The translations under genes were made by a program, and so were the position numbers. DNA of 64,000 nucleotides from Bacteroidaceae bacterium (GTDB taxonomy: Bacteria; Bacteroidota; Bacteroidia; Bacteroidales; Bacteroidaceae), in contig JAFXAR010000074.1 of NCBI GenBank assembly GCA_017516885.1, forward strand, positions 6,727 to 70,726, written 5' to 3'. The notes beneath the pieces were generated by a model, which did no database searches, was not told where the DNA came from, and saw only the letters and a list, made by a program, of their open reading frames with translations. The stretch's first letter is position 1. Every line of letters starts with the position of its first letter. Shown one piece after another: positions 58,842-64,000 of the stretch.

Positions 58842-61157
58842 TTACTCAATGTCGCGGGAGAAGGAATACGGAGCATCTTCGTCGGCCGTGCCTCGAGAGA
58901 AGTTGGGTTGCGATGTCATGAACATCTTCAAGCGCGCGCCGCCGGCAAGCGCTTTATGCGTAATATAATTATGATTGTATTTTTTGCCGTTTAGAAGCAT
59001 ACGCCCAATGTAAATATTTTCGTTGCTGTTATCTTTTGCGTCAATGAGCACCCGCTTGCCATTTTCAAGAGTAATTACCGCACGCCTGAACAGCGGCGCG
59101 CCAAGCACATATTCACCGCTTGCCGGACACACAGGATAAAAACCGAGCGCCGAGAAGACATACCAGGCCGAAGTCTGTCCGTTGTCCTCGTCACCGCAAT
59201 ATCCATCAGGGGTTGGAGCGTACATGCGCTGCATTACCTGGCGTAGCCAATACTGAGACTTCCAAGGTTCGCCGGCATAGTTATACAGGTAAATCATATG
59301 CTGGACAGGCTGATTGCCATGAGCATAATTGCCCATGTTCATCACCGTCATTTCGCGTATTTCGTGAATGGGAAAGCCATAGTAGCTGTCATCATACACC
59401 GGTGGCACAGCAAACACCGAATCAAGCATCTGAACAAATCTCTTTTTGCCGCCCATGAGATTGACCAGTCCCTGTACATCGTGGAACACCGACCATGTAT
59501 AGTGCCAGCTGTTACCCTCAGTAAAACAGCCGCCCCACTTGAGCGGGGAAAAATCGCGTTCAAAAGTTCCGTCGGCATGCCGCCCGCACATCAGGCCATA
59601 ATCCTTGCGGAAAAGATTGCGGTAATTCAAGGCACGCTTTTCAAGTTCGTCAATCTCATTCTGCGGTCTCTTCAAAACCTTTGCCACCTGCAAAATACAC
59701 CAGTCATTGTAGGCATACTCCAATGTGCGCGCAGCGCTCTCATTTATGCCCGCATCACAGGGGATATAACCCATGCTGTTATAGTATCCGTGCCCGGTAC
59801 GTCCTGTGGAAGAGACCTTTGGATGCACAGCAGATGCACCATGCAGCAATCCTTCATAAAGAAGGGCAGAATCAGCAACACGAACCCCCTTGACAAACGC
59901 ATCGGCAAGCACCGATGCCGAATTGTTGCCCACCATGCAGTCCCGGTGTCCCGGACTTGCCCATTCGGGGAAAAAGCCGCTCTCGCGATACGCGTTCAAA
60001 AGTCCCTCCTGTATTTCGGCATTTACTGAAGGATATACGAGATTAAGGAGCGGGAATAGGGCGCGGAACGTATCCCAGAAACCGGTATCTGTATACATAT
60101 ATCCCGGGAGTACCTTGCCGTTATAGGGGCTATAATGAAGAATTCTGCCGTCGGCCGCAATCTCATAGAACTTGCGCGGAAAGAGCAATGAACGGTAGAG
60201 ACAGGTGTAAAAGGTACGCATTTTATCAATGTCACCGTCAACATCAATGCGGCCGAGCACGCTCCTCCAGCGCTCATGCCCTTGTTTCACAAGGTTATCA
60301 AAAGAGGAATTCCCAAGCTCATTTAAGTTTATTGCCGCCTGTTCGGCGCTTATGAACGATGAGGCAACGCGTGCATGCACAGTTTCGCCTTTAGAGGTTC
60401 TGAAGCCTATTACAGCGCCAGTGTGATACGCGGTCTGCTGCAAAGCATCTTCACTGAGCACCGGCCGGGAAGCTGTGTCGGCCTTGAAGGTTGCTGTGTA
60501 CTCAAACGGCTTGTCAAACTGCACCACAAAATAGTTTCTGAAGTTCTCAGGCACTCCGCCGCTGTTGCGCGTAGTGTAGCCGGCAATGGTATTGCTTTCG
60601 GGGATAATCTCAATATGCGAGCCCTGGTCATAAGCATCTATCACCACATAGGAATCGCTCTGCGGGAAGGTAAAGCGGAACATCGCAGCACGCTCCGTTG
60701 GGGTTAGTTCGGCAACTATATCATAGTCGGCAAGATATACCTTGTAATAGTGAGGCTGCGCGGTCTCCCCTTTATGCGAGAACCAGATTGCACGCTCTTT
60801 TTCATCCATGCTTGGCCTCCCCGTTACAGGCATTATGGAGAACTGGCCGTAATCGTTTATCCATGGACTTGGCTGGTGCGTCTGCTCAAATCCATATATT
60901 TTGCTTGCAGTGTAGGTATACTTCCAGCCATCGCCCATAGGAGCTGTGCGGGGCGTCCAAAAGTTCATGCCCCACGGCATGGCTATGGCAGGATATGTAT
61001 TTCCTGCCGATAGTTCAAATGTGGACTGCGTTCCCATAAGAGGATTCACATACTGCACTTTGCAGGCCTCGTCAGAGCAAAAGCTCTCCCCGCTACGCTG
61101 CGCAAGCAGTGGAAGTGAAAATCCAATAAGAGATATGATATACAGTAGCCTTTTCAT
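58842..61157 (-). CDS. GH92-family alpha-mannosidase
   Basis: A signal peptide is present. The motifs GFWDTFRALFPLLNLVYP, CFTEGNSWHYTWSV, YAHGNQPVQHMIYLYNYAGEPWK and GDEDNGQTSAWYVFSALGFYPVCP are characteristic of GH92. Confidence 0.9.
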   Translation of the reverse strand: MKRLLYIISLIGFSLPLLAQRSGESFCSDEACKVQYVNPLMGTQSTFELSAGNTYPAIAMPWGMNFWTPRTAPMGDGWKYTYTASKIYGFEQTHQPSPWINDYGQFSIMPVTGRPSMDEKERAIWFSHKGETAQPHYYKVYLADYDIVAELTPTERAAMFRFTFPQSDSYVVIDAYDQGSHIEIIPESNTIAGYTTRNSGGVPENFRNYFVVQFDKPFEYTATFKADTASRPVLSEDALQQTAYHTGAVIGFRTSKGETVHARVASSFISAEQAAINLNELGNSSFDNLVKQGHERWRSVLGRIDVDGDIDKMRTFYTCLYRSLLFPRKFYEIAADGRILHYSPYNGKVLPGYMYTDTGFWDTFRALFPLLNLVYPSVNAEIQEGLLNAYRESGFFPEWASPGHRDCMVGNNSASVLADAFVKGVRVADSALLYEGLLHGASAVHPKVSSTGRTGHGYYNSMGYIPCDAGINESAARTLEYAYNDWCILQVAKVLKRPQNEIDELEKRALNYRNLFRKDYGLMCGRHADGTFERDFSPLKWGGCFTEGNSWHYTWSVFHDVQGLVNLMGGKKRFVQMLDSVFAVPPVYDDSYYGFPIHEIREMTVMNMGNYAHGNQPVQHMIYLYNYAGEPWKSQYWLRQVMQRMYAPTPDGYCGDEDNGQTSAWYVFSALGFYPVCPASGEYVLGAPLFRRAVITLENGKRVLIDAKDNSNENIYIGRMLLNGKKYNHNYITHKALAGGARLKMFMTSQPNFSRGTADEDAPYSFSRDIE

Positions 61158-61225
61158 GCGTTTCTTTTTTTCAAAATTACAAATTATTATGAAACAGCAT
61201 GCTTTAAAACAGGCAAATTTGCAAA

Positions 61226-61996
61226 CTATTTATTGCTGCCCGCCTCTATCTTTTCCAAGGCCTGACGCGCCGCTTTCTGCTGGCTTTCGCGCTTTGAGAA
61301 CCCTTCGCCCCTGCCATAGGCCTCGCCATTTACAACAGCCTCACTTATAAAGAATGCACCATCGTTGCGTATTTCTTCGTGCACTACCTTGAACTCAACA
61401 GTGGCGTGCTGCTTCTGTGACCACTCTATCAAGCGGCTCTTGTAGTTTTTATCCGATTTTGCAATCTCCTCAATGTCACCAAGGCGGGAGAATACATTAT
61501 CGAGAAGGAAACGTCTGCAATGCTTGTAGCCCTTGTCAATGTATATTGCGCCTATGAGCGCCTCAAATGCATTGCCATATACGTTGCTGTTGTGCTGCTG
61601 CGGCAGCCCGCATGAGTGGACAAAGCGGTCAAGCCCCACCTCCAATGCTATTTGGTTCAGTCTTTCGCGGCAAACAAGGTTACTGCGGGATTTTGAGAGG
61701 AAGCCTTCGCGCTCCTTGCGGAACTTAGAGTAGAGAAAATCGGCCGTTACCGAGCTCAGAACTGCATCGCCCAAGAATTCAAGACGTTCGTTGCTGCCCA
61801 GTTTGCGGCCTCCATGAGCAGAGGAGCTATGGGTCATTGCAGTCCTGTAAATGTTTATATTGCCCGGCACAAAGCCAAGTATGGAATACAATAAAAGATA
61901 AGACTCCCTGTCCTTGTGGGACAGGAGCCTTATCTTGTCTATGATTTTCCTAAAAACTTTATTAGTCTTCAACTTTCTTAAAAACAATGCTTGCAT
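61226..61996 (-). CDS. rnc: Ribonuclease III
   Basis: NERLEFLGDAVL is the RNase III signature, and a C-terminal dsRBD is present (GEGFSKRESQQKAARQALEKI). The listed ORF starts at a TTG (62014); the first ATG is at 61996. Either start overlaps the fabF 3' end. Confidence 0.9.
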   Translation of the reverse strand: MQALFLRKLKTNKVFRKIIDKIRLLSHKDRESYLLLYSILGFVPGNINIYRTAMTHSSSAHGGRKLGSNERLEFLGDAVLSSVTADFLYSKFRKEREGFLSKSRSNLVCRERLNQIALEVGLDRFVHSCGLPQQHNSNVYGNAFEALIGAIYIDKGYKHCRRFLLDNVFSRLGDIEEIAKSDKNYKSRLIEWSQKQHATVEFKVVHEEIRNDGAFFISEAVVNGEAYGRGEGFSKRESQQKAARQALEKIEAGSNK

Positions 61997-63224
61997 TGTG
62001 ACCGCCGAAACCAAACGTGTTTGATATTGCCACGTTAATCTCTCTCTCCTGCGCCTTATTGAAGGTAAAGTTCATGCGGTAGTCAATGTTTTCGTCCTCA
62101 TCGCCATCGGCATGGTTTATTGTAGGAGGCACAATGTTGTTCTTCAGTGCCAACACTGTCAACAATGCTTCCAGCGCTCCGGCTGCACCAAGCAGATGGC
62201 CGGTTGTGGATTTTGTTGAGCTAATGTTCAGTTTATAAGCATGCTCGCCAAAAAGGTTCTTTATTGCCTTTGCCTCTGCTATATCGCCTGCCGGAGTTGA
62301 TGTTCCGTGAACATTTATGTAGTCAACGCTATCAACCGGCAATCCCGCCTCGTCAAGCGCCATTTTCATTACGTTCATAGCGCCTTCGCCTTCGGGGTGC
62401 GGCGACGTTATATGGTAGGCATCAGCTGTAAGTCCAATGCCAACAATCTCGGCATATATCTTTGCGCCGCGTGCCACTGCATGCTCATATTCCTCAAGAA
62501 TGAGCGTTGCAGCGCCCTCGCCCATCACAAAACCGTCACGGCTTTTGCTGAACGGACGTGATGCACCTTGCGGATTGTCGTTGCGGGTAGAGAGAGCGTG
62601 CATTGAGCAGAAGCCTCCTACACCTACAGGACAGATAGCAGCCTCTGAACCGCCGGCCACAATGATGTCGGCGCGGTTCAGGCGTATTTGGTCGTACGCG
62701 TCTATCACTGCATTTGACGATGAGGCGCAAGCCGATGTTGTCACATAATTCGGACCTTTCAGGCCATAACGTATTGAAATTATTCCCGCCGTCATGTCGG
62801 AAATCATCTTTGTTATGAGGAACGGGGAGAAACGCGGGCCGTTTTCCTGGTTGAGGGCGTACGACTTTATCTCGTCCTCAAGTGCATTTATGCCTCCGAT
62901 ACCTTCGCCAAAGATTACGCCAATACGATTGCAGTCCTCCTTTTCAAAATCAATTCCGCTGTCGCTGATTGCCTCAACGGCCGATGCCATTCCGTAGTGC
63001 GTGTCAACATCTACCTTGCGCACGTCACGGCGGTCCATGCTTGCCGAGGGGTCAAAGTTCTTGACCTCGCAGGCGAACTGTGTCTTGAAAAGGTAACTGT
63101 CAAAATGAGTAATAGGTCCTGCACCACTAACACCATCTACAGCATTCTTCCACGTTGTGGGTACATCATTGCCGATTGGCGAAACAGCACCAAGACCTGT
63201 TACAACAACTCTTCTCAGTTTCAT
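61962..63224 (-). CDS. fabF: Beta-ketoacyl-ACP synthase II
   Basis: RRVVVTGLGAVSPIGN, the active-site TTSACASS, and the HGTSTP and GHLLGAAG motifs are present. Confidence 0.96.
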   Translation of the reverse strand: MKLRRVVVTGLGAVSPIGNDVPTTWKNAVDGVSGAGPITHFDSYLFKTQFACEVKNFDPSASMDRRDVRKVDVDTHYGMASAVEAISDSGIDFEKEDCNRIGVIFGEGIGGINALEDEIKSYALNQENGPRFSPFLITKMISDMTAGIISIRYGLKGPNYVTTSACASSSNAVIDAYDQIRLNRADIIVAGGSEAAICPVGVGGFCSMHALSTRNDNPQGASRPFSKSRDGFVMGEGAATLILEEYEHAVARGAKIYAEIVGIGLTADAYHITSPHPEGEGAMNVMKMALDEAGLPVDSVDYINVHGTSTPAGDIAEAKAIKNLFGEHAYKLNISSTKSTTGHLLGAAGALEALLTVLALKNNIVPPTINHADGDEDENIDYRMNFTFNKAQEREINVAISNTFGFGGHNASIVFKKVED

Positions 63225-63259
63225 ATAGAATTGTTAGGTGTGCGTAGGGGGGGCGCTAA

Positions 63260-63502
63260 TTACTTGTTAGCAACCATCTCCTCTACAAACTTGACAGCAT
63301 CACCTACTGTCGCAATTTTCTCAGCAGCATCTTCAGGGATTGAGATACCAAACTCGTCCTCTATCTCCATGATAAGCTCTACTCTATCCAATGAGTCTGC
63401 GCTCAGGTCATTTGTGAAGTTAGCCTCAGATGTAACCTCTGACTCTGAAACACCAAATTTCTCAACGATAATAGCTTTTACTCTTGATTCAATTTCTGAC
63501 AT
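63260..63502 (-). CDS. acpP: Acyl carrier protein
   Basis: 80 aa, with the phosphopantetheine site [20 protein letters not shown]. Confidence 0.95.
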   Translation of the reverse strand: MSEIESRVKAIIVEKFGVSESEVTSEANFTNDLSADSLDRVELIMEIEDEFGISIPEDAAEKIATVGDAVKFVEEMVANK

Positions 63503-63658
63503 AGTTGTATTTTTTTGAAGATTGAAAATTATTTGCTACAAAAGTATGACAAAAATTAGGATTCACAAAGAAACAACCTAAAAAAAACACCCAAAAATTG
63601 CACAAACGCTCAATTTTGTGCAAAAAATCCGCCATTTTGGTGGTATTTTAACATTTTA

Positions 63659-64000
63659 TCACTTTTTAATCCTGATGATAAAGGCTGCGGGTTCTCTGCG
63701 GAAGCAGTAATTGTTGCGCTGCTCCTCAAAACTTTCGGGGGCGTCCTTGAGCTTTGCACTCTCTCCCGCGGGAGAATAGATAGAAAGCGCCGCTTCGGCA
63801 AACGAACCGGCTTCCACAACAGGCTGTTCAGGTTCAGGCAGCGCCGGCAAAGGCAACGCACCACCGTAACCGAAGAAATCGGCAAAAGCCTCAAGCACCA
63901 TGCGTGTAGCATTGATTTTGCCCTCGGCTGAATATCCGGCAATGTGAGGAGTTGCTATATATACCTTATTTAATAAAAGTTTATTTATTTCGGGCTCTCC
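63659..64000 (-). CDS. pdxB: 4-phosphoerythronate dehydrogenase-like D-2-hydroxyacid dehydrogenase, C-terminal part (5' end outside the window)
   Basis: Manual translation shows the frame stays open upstream of the listed M to base 64000: GEPEINKLLLNKVYIATPHIAGYSAEGKINATRMVLEAF... TPHIAGYS.EGK is the PdxB-type motif. Confidence 0.7.
   Translation of the reverse strand, partial: GEPEINKLLLNKVYIATPHIAGYSAEGKINATRMVLEAFADFFGYGGALPLPALPEPEQPVVEAGSFAEAALSIYSPAGESAKLKDAPESFEEQRNNYCFRREPAAFIIRIKK

Noticed and set aside
61962-62014. 35-53-nt overlap between the fabF 3' end and the rnc 5' end as a possible frameshift or annotation problem
   Set aside because: Both reading frames are intact and both proteins are full length with conserved termini. 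The overlap depends only on which rnc start is used (TTG at 62014 or ATG at 61996), and such overlaps are ordinary operon coupling.

Overview
The window is a 64-kb chromosomal segment that looks like a Bacteroidales genome. The supporting signs are TAnnTTTG-type -7 promoter boxes, SusC/SusD pairs, a T9SS C-terminal sorting domain, and roughly 50% G+C judged by eye. A Muribaculaceae- or Prevotella-like origin is only a guess. Most of the window is densely packed housekeeping genes:
- ackA (3' part), CCA-adding enzyme, lpxH, radC, efp, an RND efflux operon, korAB, rpsO, typA, comM
- rnpA-yidD-tatD, upp, pckA, lpdA, rnc-fabF-acpP, and a pdxB fragment at the right edge

Accessory content:
1. A SusC/SusD plus GH85 endo-beta-N-acetylglucosaminidase locus at 23.9-33.1 kb, with a separate GH92 at 58.8-61.2 kb.
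2. A Hanks-type receptor Ser/Thr kinase with Sel1 repeats and a FISUMP/DUF1566-like ectodomain at 5.3-7.8 kb. It abuts an unusual repeat-rich intergenic region at 4.65-5.33 kb.
3. An A+T-rich island at 51.3-58.7 kb, which is the most interesting region. It encodes a WYL-domain regulator, a classic-clade AAA+ ATPase with an unassigned N-terminal half, two paralogous cytoplasmic WG-repeat proteins, a NADAR-like protein, several orphan proteins, and a 30-aa hydrophobic micro-ORF missed by the ORF track.

I propose the island as a candidate uncharacterised WYL-regulated conflict or stress system. I recognised no rRNA, tRNA, CRISPR array, transposase or integrase. All family assignments come from reading motifs by eye; no searches were run.
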